64,000 nucleotides of DNA from Cyanidioschyzon merolae (taxonomy: Eukaryota), in assembly GCA_000091205.1 (NCBI GenBank), contig AP006493.2; one strand, 5' to 3'. Below, piece after piece: positions 45,619 through 56,834 of this stretch. Made by a program: the position numbers and the translations under genes. The notes beneath the pieces were generated by a model. That model searched no databases. It had not been told where the DNA came from and saw only the letters and a list, made by a program, of their open reading frames with translations. Position 1 is the stretch's first letter; each line of letters opens with the position of its first letter.

Positions 45619-46956
45619 TTATTGTACAGCATCAGGAGCGCGTGATCGGACCCAAGTGGATCGATTGCGTGACGTTCCATTCGCAGTCTCAGATCGAAGA
45701 GCGTCGTGGAATCGAAAACGATTCGATTTCAACAGTTCGTGGAAAGAACCAAACCTTAGATTCCCTTTGGTGCCTGCATACTCGTCCAGCGCACATGATG
45801 GTTCGCGATGTAAGATATTATACAGCGTATCCCGCTGAATAAGATATCGCTCGGGGCCAGCGGCAGTGGCGATGCGACGCATCTCACGCGGTGTCATAAC
45901 TTGTCCGTGTTTAGCACCAGCCGCACTCGAGATAGATTCATTCATCAGCGTGCCCCCAAGATCGTTGCAACCAGCCTGGAGAAGCCGAATAGTGCCTTCG
46001 GGTGATTCTTTCGGCCATGAACATTGAATATTGCGTATGCAATCACCCAGAACGATCCTTGATACAGCGTGCACCAAAAGGCGCTGTGCAGGTGATGGTC
46101 CATCTCTGCACTCTGCAAGGTATCGCGGATCATGTTCCCGACACATCGGTGCCTCCCAGTGAACAAACCCAAGCGGAACAAACTCTGTAAAGACTCCTAC
46201 CTCATGTTGGAGAGCTCGTATGGTGAGCAAATGCCGCGCGATATGTGCCGGAGTCTCTACGTGCCCAAACATAACAGTCGCAGTCATGCGCAAACCTGCG
46301 CTCAAGCGAGCTTCCTTTGCTATTCGAATCCACTGGGAAACAGTTATCCGCCCGGGAGATATCTTATCACGGATCTCTTGTACAAGAATTTCTGCAGCAG
46401 TTCCTGGAAGCGAATCCACACCGGCATCACGCAGTAGTTTCAAATATTCGTTTGTCGTCACGCCCCGAAGCTGAGCTCCGTAAAGCACCTCCTCTGGAGA
46501 GAAAGCATGCAAGTGAATGTTTGGAACCGCTTCCTTAATGCACGAAGCGACTCGCGTGTACAAGTCCGCACTTGCGCCGGGCGGCAGACCAGCTTGGACG
46601 CAAACTTCGGTCGCGCCCAAGTCCCGTGCCTCGCGTGCTCTCCTCGCGATTTCTTCAAGTGGCAAGTAATAAGTTTCAGACTTATGCATGCCCCTTGGGG
46701 TCCTGCTGAAAGCGCAAAATCCGCAACGCTTTATACAAGCGTTCGTGAAGTTAATATTCCTGTTTATTACAAAGCTCACCGCATCCCCAGTTTGCTCTCG
46801 GCGCAGCGCATCTGCTCTTTGAATAACTTCAGCAACATCATTTGGATCCTCCACGGAAAGCAGCGTAGTAACATGTTCTACTTCAAGCCTCTTTGGAGCC
46901 CTCCTCAGGAGCTCACGAACAGATGGCAAGCTCGTCCTCAGTACCCTACAGGGCAT
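45619..46956 (-). CDS. Radical SAM enzyme of the CofG/CofH (FO synthase) and MqnC/MqnE family.
   Basis: The SAM cluster motif reads NINFTNACIKRCGFCAFS. It is followed by the TIM-barrel-type radical SAM core (EVCVQAGLPP, IHLHAFSPEEV, TAAEIL) and a C-terminal extension. ATG at 46956; 445-aa uninterrupted ORF. Confidence 0.6.
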   Translation of the reverse strand: MPCRVLRTSLPSVRELLRRAPKRLEVEHVTTLLSVEDPNDVAEVIQRADALRREQTGDAVSFVINRNINFTNACIKRCGFCAFSRTPRGMHKSETYYLPLEEIARRAREARDLGATEVCVQAGLPPGASADLYTRVASCIKEAVPNIHLHAFSPEEVLYGAQLRGVTTNEYLKLLRDAGVDSLPGTAAEILVQEIRDKISPGRITVSQWIRIAKEARLSAGLRMTATVMFGHVETPAHIARHLLTIRALQHEVGVFTEFVPLGFVHWEAPMCREHDPRYLAECRDGPSPAQRLLVHAVSRIVLGDCIRNIQCSWPKESPEGTIRLLQAGCNDLGGTLMNESISSAAGAKHGQVMTPREMRRIATAAGPERYLIQRDTLYNILHREPSCALDEYAGTKGNLRFGSFHELLKSNRFRFHDALRSETANGTSRNRSTWVRSRAPDAVQ

Positions 46957-47061
46957 CTTTTGTAAGGTTAATATCGTCGATTCAGTGATACGATCGCCTC
47001 GCCCGTCGCTCCCATCTGCAAACCTTGCGCGGTTCTACCTTCCACCGCGTTACGGTTACGG
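46957..47061. promoter_or_regulatory. 105 bp divergent spacer, a presumptive bidirectional promoter, between the radical SAM (CofH-like) gene and lycopene beta-cyclase.
   Basis: Head-to-head ATGs at 46956 (-) and 47062 (+). Confidence 0.35.
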
Positions 47062-48576
47062 ATGTTTGTGGCTAACTTGCCAGAAACTGTGTATTCGAGA
47101 CGAGGCGTTTTGAAGTCACCCCAAAAGAGTGGCGTATGCTGGAAGCTCCCAAAAACTGCAAATGCGGCCCCGGTGAAATATTTGGAGAGGGACCGCCGGT
47201 TTCGAAAGCCGCAAGTAGCTGTTTGTTTGGAGGCTGGTCAAAGACTTTCCCAACAGGAAAACCCTCCAAAAGATACCTCGTCACTGTATTTCGATATTGC
47301 CATTGTAGGTGCGGGTCCCGCTGGCCTCGCACTGGCCGCAGAACTATCGGAGCTGAATCTCAGTTCTGAGTTGTCACCCGTCGGGAAAGTAGTGTCTATT
47401 GTTGTTGTAGAAAAGGATTTTTCTCGACGTTGGCTTCCAAATTATGGCGTATGGGTAGACGAGGTTGAGCATCTAGACATTAAAGACTGTTTCGCTGCTG
47501 TTTGGCCGAAGGTCGCTGTCTACCTGCCGCATAAAATCATCAAAAAAAGAGAATATGCCAGGATTGACAGGCAAAAATTGAAGCAGAAGCTGACTGCGAA
47601 GTGTCTTCGAAACGGGTCTGGCATCGTTCTCCAAGAAGGCGAGGTAAAAGGTTCCGACTTAGAGAAAGGCATCCTGAGACTTCGATGCACTAGTGCAAAC
47701 GGACAATTCTCGGAGCTCGAAATTCGAGCTCGAAGAATAGTTGATACAACAGGGCATAGCACCGTCCTGGTGAAATTTACGGAACCGCATCATCCAAGCT
47801 ATCAGGCAGCCTACGGAATAGAGGCACTCGTTGAATCGCATCCATTTCCGCTGGATGAAATGATTCTTATGGACTATCGTGAGCCATCATCGATTCAGAG
47901 ATTGCCCAAGGGACCGGATTCCTCGTACTATTCTGTACCCACATTCTTATACGCGATGCCCATGGCATCGGATAGAATATTCGTAGAGGAGACTTCTTTA
48001 ACTGCCAGACCAGCCGTCCCTTTCGAAGAGCTTCGCGATAGACTCTACAAGCGACTCAAAGATCTCGGAATAACTGTCAATTGTGCGCTCGAGGAAGAAT
48101 TTTGTTTGATTCCTATGGGCGGTTCGTTGCCGGACTTGGACCAGCCACTACTAGGATTTGGAGGAACGGCAGGTCTTGTTCACCCGGCAACGGGTTACAT
48201 GATGGCTAGAACTTTGAATCTGGCTCGACCGCTTGCACGTGCCATTTTTCTGCGGGAAGCTCGAAATTTGGAAACTAATCCTTGGAAAGAAGTACTTTGG
48301 ACCAGAACCAACGTAATTCAGCGTGATTTCTACACATTCGGTGGCGAGGTTCTACTTGATATGAATTTGAACGAAATTCAAGAATTTTTTGCAGCATTCT
48401 TCAAGCTCCGCGAAGAAGCCTGGAAGAATTTTTTGAGTTTCCGGCAACTTTCAGGGCAGGAACGCTTGGCGTTCGGATTAGGTGTCTTTTTGAAAACAAC
48501 GAACAAGGTTCGTTTCAAGCTGATTAGGAAGGCACTGCAGAACTGGCGTCCTCTTATAAGAAGCATTCTTAGCTAA
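47062..48576 (+). CDS. LCYB: Lycopene beta-cyclase (CrtL/LCYB-type, FAD/NAD-binding) with an N-terminal transit-peptide-like extension.
   Basis: The dinucleotide-binding motif reads DIAIVGAGPAGLALAAEL. Further motifs are DTTGHSTVLVKF, the cyclase signature FLYAMPMASDRIFVEETSL, and GGTAGLVHPATGYMMAR. ATG at 47062. Confidence 0.8.
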   Translation: MFVANLPETVYSRRGVLKSPQKSGVCWKLPKTANAAPVKYLERDRRFRKPQVAVCLEAGQRLSQQENPPKDTSSLYFDIAIVGAGPAGLALAAELSELNLSSELSPVGKVVSIVVVEKDFSRRWLPNYGVWVDEVEHLDIKDCFAAVWPKVAVYLPHKIIKKREYARIDRQKLKQKLTAKCLRNGSGIVLQEGEVKGSDLEKGILRLRCTSANGQFSELEIRARRIVDTTGHSTVLVKFTEPHHPSYQAAYGIEALVESHPFPLDEMILMDYREPSSIQRLPKGPDSSYYSVPTFLYAMPMASDRIFVEETSLTARPAVPFEELRDRLYKRLKDLGITVNCALEEEFCLIPMGGSLPDLDQPLLGFGGTAGLVHPATGYMMARTLNLARPLARAIFLREARNLETNPWKEVLWTRTNVIQRDFYTFGGEVLLDMNLNEIQEFFAAFFKLREEAWKNFLSFRQLSGQERLAFGLGVFLKTTNKVRFKLIRKALQNWRPLIRSILS

Positions 48577-50128
48577 AGTGAGAGATCGACATTCGCGTTT
48601 TGTTTATATCGTACGTGATATTCGTGTAACGAGCAGCAATCCAACCAGGCCCACTACACATAAGTGAGATTTAAGTGGAATTCTGAATTGCTCGCTTTTG
48701 TCCTGTCTATCGATTTTTCCTAACTTTTCTGAGGCCTTCGGCGTCGACATTAGAAGTACAGCAAGAAAAGCATAAGAATACATTTGGAGTTTTTTCGGAT
48801 TCTCGGCTGTCTTTCCAGAGGGGCTCATCCGACTCTTCGCAGCCGGATTCCAGTACGACAGCGGAACGAAGAAGAATCTCGACGCCCTCGAACAATATTT
48901 GGAATAATAAGAGATACACCATCTAACTTACTCATAGAAGCCTCCAGTCTTCTAATTTTCGTACCTGACGCATGCTCAAATGACGCATTCTTCAAGCATT
49001 CAATTTTTCTGTTTCAAGATAACTTGAGAGCGCAGTACATCACGCAACTGGATTGACGAGGAAAAACTCGACATCGTGCGTTGACGGCTTGCTCACAATC
49101 TGATGCCGAAATTTCAATGAACTCGTCACTCCAAATATAGATTTCGCCAAAAAGACAAATCCTGATCCATTTGTGGCCATTTATGAAACGGCATTCCACT
49201 GCAGGATGATACCTGTCACGAGTTACGCTCCCAGCCGCTTCCATATCGCTTCCATTTGCATGCAAAAGTGTACCGGACTTGAATTTTCTTCGTCGTGGTG
49301 ATCGCTTTCGGTGAAGAACGCGCCATCAGTTTGCTCGACGAGAACGATGAGACGTAAACCTTGCGACGTGAGCCCCAGTCTGGACTTTTCTCCGGGTCCT
49401 TGTTTCATCATGTACAAAATCGCATTTCTTAAATTCTTTTTGCTCAGAAATTTCAAGGTCTGGCGCGTATTGCGGACAGCATCTTCGCCGAAGATCGCTA
49501 AGCAGAAGCCTGTGATCGTAGGGAACGGCGCAGAGCATAGAAAAGGAAGAAAATATTGACGCGAGCCTCATATACCTTTCAAGTGCATGTACCGGGCGGT
49601 GCAGCAAGCGCCACACGCCACAGAGCATCGCTCCGAGGAGGTGTTGTTGTGGGCTTCTGCGAGCACCGGACCAAAACCCAAGTCTCGCAGCGGCGCAGGG
49701 CGCACCAGGGCTTTACAATGAGAGGGTAATAATGGCAAGCAAAGCGCAGATCGCAACTGTTGTCTTTAAATGGAATACGTCCACAAACGTGGAAAGCCGC
49801 GAACGAGAGGAAGCCATACTGAGATCAACATCCTTCGACCGCTACAGTGGAACTGAAGGGACTGAGGAGTCTACCGTATCGAAAGCCAAAAATAACCGAA
49901 AGAAAATGGAAGCAGCTGCAGTGAGTGCTCGGAAGAATTCTGTTGCCGGCAACGGGAGTAGACTTCAACGTTACAGTGCACGCTCGTGTCAGATAAATGA
50001 ACGCGTCCCATTGAATCCTGATATGATTGAAATTAAAAATTGATCACGGAATTGTTACCGCAGAAGAGCGAGGAATCGCCGCGCAATATTTCAATTTGAG
50101 ATCGAACACATTGCAGTTCTCCGCTAGG

Positions 50129-50581
50129 ATGCTACTGAAAGCCGCTCGACTGTGGCATTGCGTCGTTTTTGGAGCCAGCGTCCAGCGTTCGTCACGAAGA
50201 GTAGGTCCAATAGCGGAATACTCACCTCGTCCTCGCTGTCCTGAGGACTGGCCTATAGCCCAGTTCAGCAGGGAAGCGGAGGAACTTTTGCAGCAGCTTG
50301 GAGATCAAGTCTATGACACCTTTCAGGGTAGGACGGACGTCGACGTTGAGTTTTCTCAAGGCGTTCTGACACTTAGGTTTCCGAACGGAACTTTTGTCTT
50401 GAATACGCAGACTCCGAATCGACAAATATGGCTATCGTCTCCTCTAAGCGGACCAGCTAGGTACTATTATGATCTTGATACAGGAAAGTGGCGCAACTCT
50501 AGAGACGATCATATGCTTGTGGATCGCCTTCAGAAAGATCTCGCCGTGTTTACGGGCTGCAACATTCAGTTAAATCTTTAA
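50129..50581 (+). CDS. FXN: Frataxin (mitochondrial iron-sulfur cluster assembly protein) with an N-terminal presequence.
   Basis: The presequence is MLLKAARLWHCVVFGASVQRSSRR. The mature domain reads EELLQQLGDQVYDTF...DVEFSQGVLTLRFPNGTFVLNTQTPNRQIWLSSPLSGPARYYYD...KWRNSRDDHMLVDRLQKDL, matching the conserved frataxin fold sequence. The track ORF began at a TTG at 50027; the first ATG is at 50129. Confidence 0.8.
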   Translation: MLLKAARLWHCVVFGASVQRSSRRVGPIAEYSPRPRCPEDWPIAQFSREAEELLQQLGDQVYDTFQGRTDVDVEFSQGVLTLRFPNGTFVLNTQTPNRQIWLSSPLSGPARYYYDLDTGKWRNSRDDHMLVDRLQKDLAVFTGCNIQLNL

Positions 50582-51394
50582 GCAGCGTAGCAAAAAAAGA
50601 GCATCAAGTTGCACAGTGGTTTAGAGCGTCAGCGCTCCTACAAGGCGTGTGCAGTCGCCGGTCACATTACTCTGTCTTGAATTTTTTTCAGTCTCTGGTT
50701 CGTGCACTGTATCAACAGGAGTTTTACTGAAGCAAGTGAACAGCGGTAAATATATTTGGAAAGAGCTTCTCTCTGCTTGGCGATCAGTTAAGTTTTTCTG
50801 TACAGCACGCACCTAATCCAGAGACCGTTTCCCCGTAGAGCAATGGGGTGCAGGACATCTGCCCTTACGAGCGGGCAAGGGTATGGCGCAAGTGCTTCCA
50901 TAACGTTGTTGTTAAAGCATCCATTTTGCAGAGCGCATTGTCTGAAATAGATCCGATTTTTTTCCTTCTTGTAGCTATGCGCAGAGCAGGTAATTCTGGA
51001 ACACCTGTGCCAGCGCTCTTCTCCCGTATTTGTTTGTTATTATCACAGGCATTCAACCAACTTTAAGTATCCCTTGGATCGAAGAACCGTCGCAGAAAGA
51101 TCTACTGCTGTCAATGCTCGCATGCGAGAAGCGACTTTACTTTTACATGTCAGTTCCTCTGCGATCAGATGATAGATGAACCATCTAGATCGTAGTCCCT
51201 TTGCTTAACTTCATAAATTCGAAAGGAACTAGTCGGCCTCTGTCTTCATGGATGTCACCCTCCCCAATTAGTTTATTCATCTTCAGACATTGCCTAGGTA
51301 ATACAAGCAAAGAAGTCACAGGATGCGATTTTCCGTACCGTTGTTGCGAACGGTGATGAACAGACAGGGGTGGAGAATGAAAAATGTATGCTTC

Positions 51395-51540
51395 TATGGA
51401 AGAGCGTCACGCGTTGTTCTATGCAATATCCACTTCGTTCCGAAACGCGAGCGCTTATCCATTTGCGTGATCGCCTACACATTGCGACGCGCCCAAGTCC
51501 GTGATCCACTTTATCCTGCGCGTGATCACTTCGTGACTTC
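51395..51540. repeat. Diverged dispersed repeat, about 70% identity, with an inverted partner at about 59155-59295.
   Basis: 51450 reads ...gcgcttatccatttgcgtgatcgcctacacattgcgacgcg... The reverse complement of 59200-59260 reads ...gcggctcttcatttgcatgatcgcctacatatcgcgaaacgg... Conceptual peptides LSICVIAYTLRRAQVRDPLYPARDHF and LFICMIAYISRNGQVRSSLHPAREDF align. Confidence 0.6.
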
Positions 51541-52680
51541 TACTTTCCAAATTCGAATATCCAGCTCATTGTCAATGTTGGATCGCGTCAATCAACGGCG
51601 GTCAAAGTGTACGCAGCTGAGAATGGAGTTCTGCTGTTACTTGTGCCAGCATGTGCTCCCCCGCTCGATGCAGTTGAAGGCATCTTCTCTGTTGCCGAAC
51701 GCAGATTTGCGCTCACAGTTAAGCAGAGGAGTCGTTCGCGTCTGCGACAACTTTTGTCGACAAATCACTCTCTACATTTAGCCGCCTTGAACTGCTGTAC
51801 TAGTTGTCTACTCAAGGGAGACAGGTACCGGAAAGCGTGTCCGTCCATAGATACTTTGCGACGGAGATTGCGACGGATATGTGCTTGAGGAAGTTCAAAT
51901 ATATACCTTGAAAAAAGAGGAGGGTTTCAATCGAAATTTGCACACAAAGCATCTTAATCCCAAGTACGGATATGGAGACGGAATACATTGCCCAAATCCA
52001 GGCTATGCCGCCAACAAGAAGAGAAGCCGATGAAGGAAACGTTCTTATTGCGCGAATATGAAGCACGCAAGCGACTTCGTGAAGAGCATATGCCGAGCGC
52101 GTTCATGAATTCTCTTTTACTAGGAGCAAATTGAGAAAAGTTCACAGGCACCATCCCTCCGATGAAAAACAAATCTGCATATATTCTGTGGGAACCAGGT
52201 ATGAGTCGCGAAACGATACACATTAGCATGCATTCAAATTATATGAACAGAGAGATTCTATGGTGCACGTGATTCTAGAGTTGAACCCCGCCATGCCCCT
52301 TGCAATACCCAGGAAATCAAGATGACAGGCTCAAAGACCGTACAGGAACGCAGATGAAGCTGATCAACTTTGCTGGACTCGGTATTATCGTGAATTGAGC
52401 ACTGCGAAGACCAAGAGACCTACCAGCAATAAAAATGACGGCTTCAGGATCCATTTCGACGATCTGAGCAACTCATGGAGGAGAGCGGATTGCCTCGACC
52501 GTTTCATTCAGAAAGTTAGTGAGCGAGCAAATGGCTTCTGCGGACGATCTTGCACAGGCGTTTGAAACACCGCGCTATCTTCGCCCGCGGTGTCAGCATT
52601 ACGAAGGCCAGAAGCGCGCTTACGCCAACTTCTTCGATATTTTGAAAGTAAATGATCACGATGTCGCTTGGTATCATGTT

Positions 52681-53174
52681 AGCCGATGGCGCTGAGCATG
52701 CGCGAACACTCCAATGCTGCTGTCCTGCTCCTTCGACTGGAGCTTACAACTAGTGCGAGAACTGATTCTTCATCATGACCATCGATTTGCTCAGGACGAT
52801 GCACACGCATCCTGAGCACAGGTGCACGCTGAAACAGGCAGAGAAAAAACGCGTGAGATGGAGGCGGATGCATGAGCTTGTGCAGGGTAAGCTTTCCGAG
52901 CATCAGATGTCGATGCAGTCGAGGTTTCGAGGCTCGCTACAGTGTGCTTTCACCACCAACCAAGCGTGCAAGCAGTTTCCGCGTCGAGACTTGAACGCCA
53001 CGATAAACATCTGTAGATTCCTAGAAGTGCGAGCGCGTCCAGCAGATTTGTGTCGAGTGAATGTGTGATGTAGTTGTGTTGTACTCAATGAGCGCATTAC
53101 ATGGAAAGCGGAAGACTTTGGATAATATAGTTTGGTGACTAGGAGAGATTCATTGCATGCACGCCTGAAGCAAC
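52681..53174 (+). repeat. Copy A of a 494 bp inverted repeat (about 99.8% identical to 56835-57328). It contains the 3'-terminal fragment of a TnpB/Fanzor-like gene (copy epsilon).
   Basis: ORF 52775-53068 reads ...HPEHRCTLKQAEKKRVRWRRMHELVQGKLSEHQMSMQS...LQCAFTTNQACKQFPRRDLNATINICRFLEVRARPADLCRVNV. One mismatch to the partner was seen, in the conceptual peptides (SRFRGS versus SWFRGS). The boundaries were located by base-by-base comparison of the reverse complement. Confidence 0.85.
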
Positions 53175-53999
53175 CCAATATTCTTCGTTGCGCTGATCAG
53201 ATTAGCAAGGCCGGAGCAATGTGTACGTATATCAGGAAAGATTTTGCGAGGCGATTGTTGAACGATAACTGCGTTCAATTATTCGACATTACTGAGTGTA
53301 GGGCTAACCCACCGAGCATTTTTCTTTCCATGCGCTACTCTGGTTACTGAACCCTGTCCTTTGCTGCTCAAGCAAAGCTCTTTGCTCTATGGTGTAGCAG
53401 ATAACTTCCGAGTACGCTCCTCCAATCTCTAAATTTTCGGGTAACGATCCTACCGTCTTGAGCTTTTTGTTCACTTAGCGCCAAATTCTTTGAAAAAACG
53501 ACTCTATCCGCGGATTCTTCAAGGTTTCTCTTTAATGTGGCCAATAGAGTTTTCCAACTCAAGTTTGTTTCACTCTCGCTGCAGTGGATGCCAGGAGATG
53601 CAACTCTCTATGCAGCGCAACGTATAGATTGTAGACGAATTGCTTCTAGGGTACATTTTTTACTGAACGGCGGAAGGAAGACAGCGTACATCCATCAGTT
53701 CAGTCACACCGCAGTACTCAGATTACAGATGATTAATGAAAGAAGGAAAAATACAGGTATATGCCATCCGCACCAAAAACCGATATTCTCACAGATTGCT
53801 TGTGGCCAACGGTAGGAAACGACCCGTTGATCACCTTAATGAGAGCAAAAGCGACACCAGAAGCCGCGACACCCGTCTCTGTTTCTGAACAGCTTGTTTA
53901 CGTGGTCCTGAAAGCACTGGGATACAGCCGCACAAGAATGTTCAGTTTCACGCATTTTCATCTCCCACCGAAATCGCAATGACAGCGTTCCTAGAACGT

Positions 54000-54914
54000 C
54001 GTGATCGGTATGAAGCACAGGGAGGTCGGTTGCTTTTTTCGATAGATGAGAATTCCATCGGACGAACCGGTCGGAGCGAACATGCGTATTAACAGAGCAT
54101 GGAGCCCGTTGTATATACAATCGATCTCAAAGAGAACGACGATATAATTTGTTCTAGGCGCAGTGGATACATTTGGTGGCTCTAGTTTTAACTCCCCGAG
54201 AAGGCGCATAAAATCCCTCCCACTTTTTTAAATTATTGAAGACTTTTCCTCGACGCTAGGCGACGTCCTTCTGTTGGCCAACGTAGCGTTTCACCGGTTT
54301 CCTTGTGTTCGAGTTTTGCTGATTCTGTCGGGGTAGAGATGCTTCTAATTCCTCCCTACTCTCAGTAGCAGAACCTCATTGAAGAAATGTTTTTTATCAT
54401 GAAATGTAATGATCGCTCCATTGGACGAATCGCTAGACCATTCAGCACCGTAGCGCCGGGGCATACTTCGTCCTTGTTCCGCAAGTGATTCTCGCTCCAG
54501 GAAGAGATTTAGCTGAGGTCATGAACAAGTGCGTTCATTTTCAAGAAATTGCACCTAAGGAATGAGCTGCGGAGCTCATTTCAAAAGGTCGAGAGGGGGA
54601 GAAGCCAGCAGGGCGCTTCGGAGATAGGAAAGCACAGGGAGCTGACAGGGCAGCAAATGGCAATGAGGGCAAGGGATATAGGAATATTTGCATTGTCGCG
54701 TTCCAGCAACGGCACTGCAAGCATTGAGTTCGTGAACTTAGGCTCCAAAGCCGCCATCAATATCAGACAGTGTGAGGTATTGAAAACGAGACCCGCGGAG
54801 CTGAGGCGAACTTACTTTGTGGGGCGGCCTCTCAGAGAAGAAGTGTACAAGTTGAAGCTCCAGCCGATAGCATTCGGCCGGGCAAAACACTGGAACGCGT
54901 CCGTGCGTGGGTAA
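54000..54914 (+). pseudogene. Partial TnpB/Fanzor-like element copy gamma (C-terminal half, frameshifted).
   Basis: ORF 54549-54914 reads ...GASEIGKHRELTGQQMAMRAR...GSKAAINIRQCEVLKTRPAELRRTYFVGRPLREEV. The upstream 54390-54480 region is homologous to the reverse complement of direct-repeat copy 2, and 54065-54185 is about 80% identical to the reverse complement of 33930-34040. Confidence 0.55.
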
Positions 54915-56834
54915 TATTGAACCCCTACGGGTTGTGGCGCATTACTCATTTAACCTACAGCAAACTGAGCCCGTGGATAGACGTTTACTCACGGCCCGTT
55001 TGGGGTTTCAACAGCCGCAACTGGCTACGTCTCTGGTTTGTAGATGTTCATCGTCGCGATTCCTCAAAGGGGACGTTTGTTCGGGAAGCGTTTTAATCCT
55101 GCGTACGCGATTGGCTCTAGCAAACTGCACAAATCACAAGGAGCAGGCTGCTGCGTAGCGGCTCGCAAAATGCTTGGAGTGACCAACCGCACGCCGCTGC
55201 TGGCGCTGGAAACGAGCGAGGACACCCTCCCGGGGAAAGCCTTCCAAGCACCGGAAAGAGAGGCTCATGAACCTGTAAATTCGAACGCTGTGGCAGACGA
55301 AGTTCCCATAACTAGCTCTGAGCTCGAGCTACCAGCAGATTCGGACGCTTTAGAAGAGAAGCAGCTACTTCTTCTGCTCAAGAAACAGCTCGGGGCAGAT
55401 TTCGAACGAATTTTTGACTCAAAAAATCCATTCATAGGGGAGGTTTTCTGAGCGAGCCTGCTCAACCTGTCAGGACGGGATTTATGTCAACAATTGCATC
55501 CCAGCGGTGCTCGAGTACGTTCAAAGCCAGGTAATCCGTGCACGTTGTGGAGCTGGTGCGCATTTTTTGGGTATCATGTTGGTCTTTCTACCCAGGGAGA
55601 CAGCATTAATCTACCAATCAACAAATTCTTACTAGCACATGGATCCAATGCGTGTGACTCGTGATTCAGCACTGACCGAGGCGTTTCAAACGGATCGACA
55701 TGCTCAAAACCGGCGCGAAGAATCGTGAGAGCTTCTATTTGGACCGTCGACCGTAGCTGAAGAGTATGCGTGGAGTCAAGCTTCTGCTGAGGCTACATAT
55801 CCCTGCGGCGCGTTAGGCCGTCGGGTAGAAGTACTCTACGAGCTAATTGCCTCGTGGAGTACGCGTTTCGCACGCGTCCCTAGCGCACAGTCTTGCCTTC
55901 AGACACGAGTGTCGGGACGGAGTCGGGCTGTACACTGGAAACCTGATGACGTTCACAGCACGCCCACGCGTTGTTGCAGCCTCGGCAACGTGCCCCGATA
56001 CCGGCTATTGTCGCTAATTTCGAATCCGAGCACTTGGGCACGTCGGACACCAGGGATCCGGTTCAAATTGGCGGCTACATTTTTACCAGCGAGCTTTTTT
56101 GGGTATTTCCAATATGTCCAGCAATTCTGATTACATGGCATTCACCATCTGTGTCTAGGCATCGAAGTGGTACTGCATATATATGTCCTTCGAAAATGCG
56201 CATCTCTGTAAACTCTAGCGTTAAGCAGTTCAATGTTTTGTGGTGGGTACATGCTTATTGCCATTCCAGTGCCCACGACTGCTTTTGATCGCATGTTTCA
56301 CGCATGTATGAGTACTAAAAGCGAACTCATTGGGTTCGCGTCTGTCTGGATGCCCGACGAAAAAGCCTGGCTCTTAAGGCGAGTACTGTGAAAAGGAGGG
56401 GATAGAATGGCTCATATTTCCTGAGCTGCTCACCATGTCTAAAACGATCCTATAGACTGCATCCTCAGGTCTATGCATGAGCGTTGATGATCTGAATTCT
56501 TTCGGCATCTGTTCGAAATGGGCATCGCACTGAATATATCCGCAGGGGAACAATCTGAAATAATTCGCGATCTCGTTGGCAACGGTCCACGATCTAGAAG
56601 ATATCCCTCTCGCGCGCTTCCCCAAATGACGCTTCCAGACGGCGCAAGTTCCTGGAGGCGACAGACAAACGCATCATCACCAGGAGACAGGTAACGAAAC
56701 CCCTCTTGATATGCATAGAAATTGCGAAAACTTTAACGCCATTACCGTTCATCAGCTGCAAATGAAAATCGTTCCCTGTGTCTATCTAGGGCGCTCTAAT
56801 ATTTCTGGATGAGTAATCCGTACCGCACCAGTGC

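Noticed and set aside
55044-55451. 135-aa acidic ORF (MFIVAIPQRGRLF...KNPFIGEVF) between element copies, as a possible small gene.
   Set aside because: It has no recognisable domain, sits inside a TE-debris interval, and has low complexity. It is kept as a note only.
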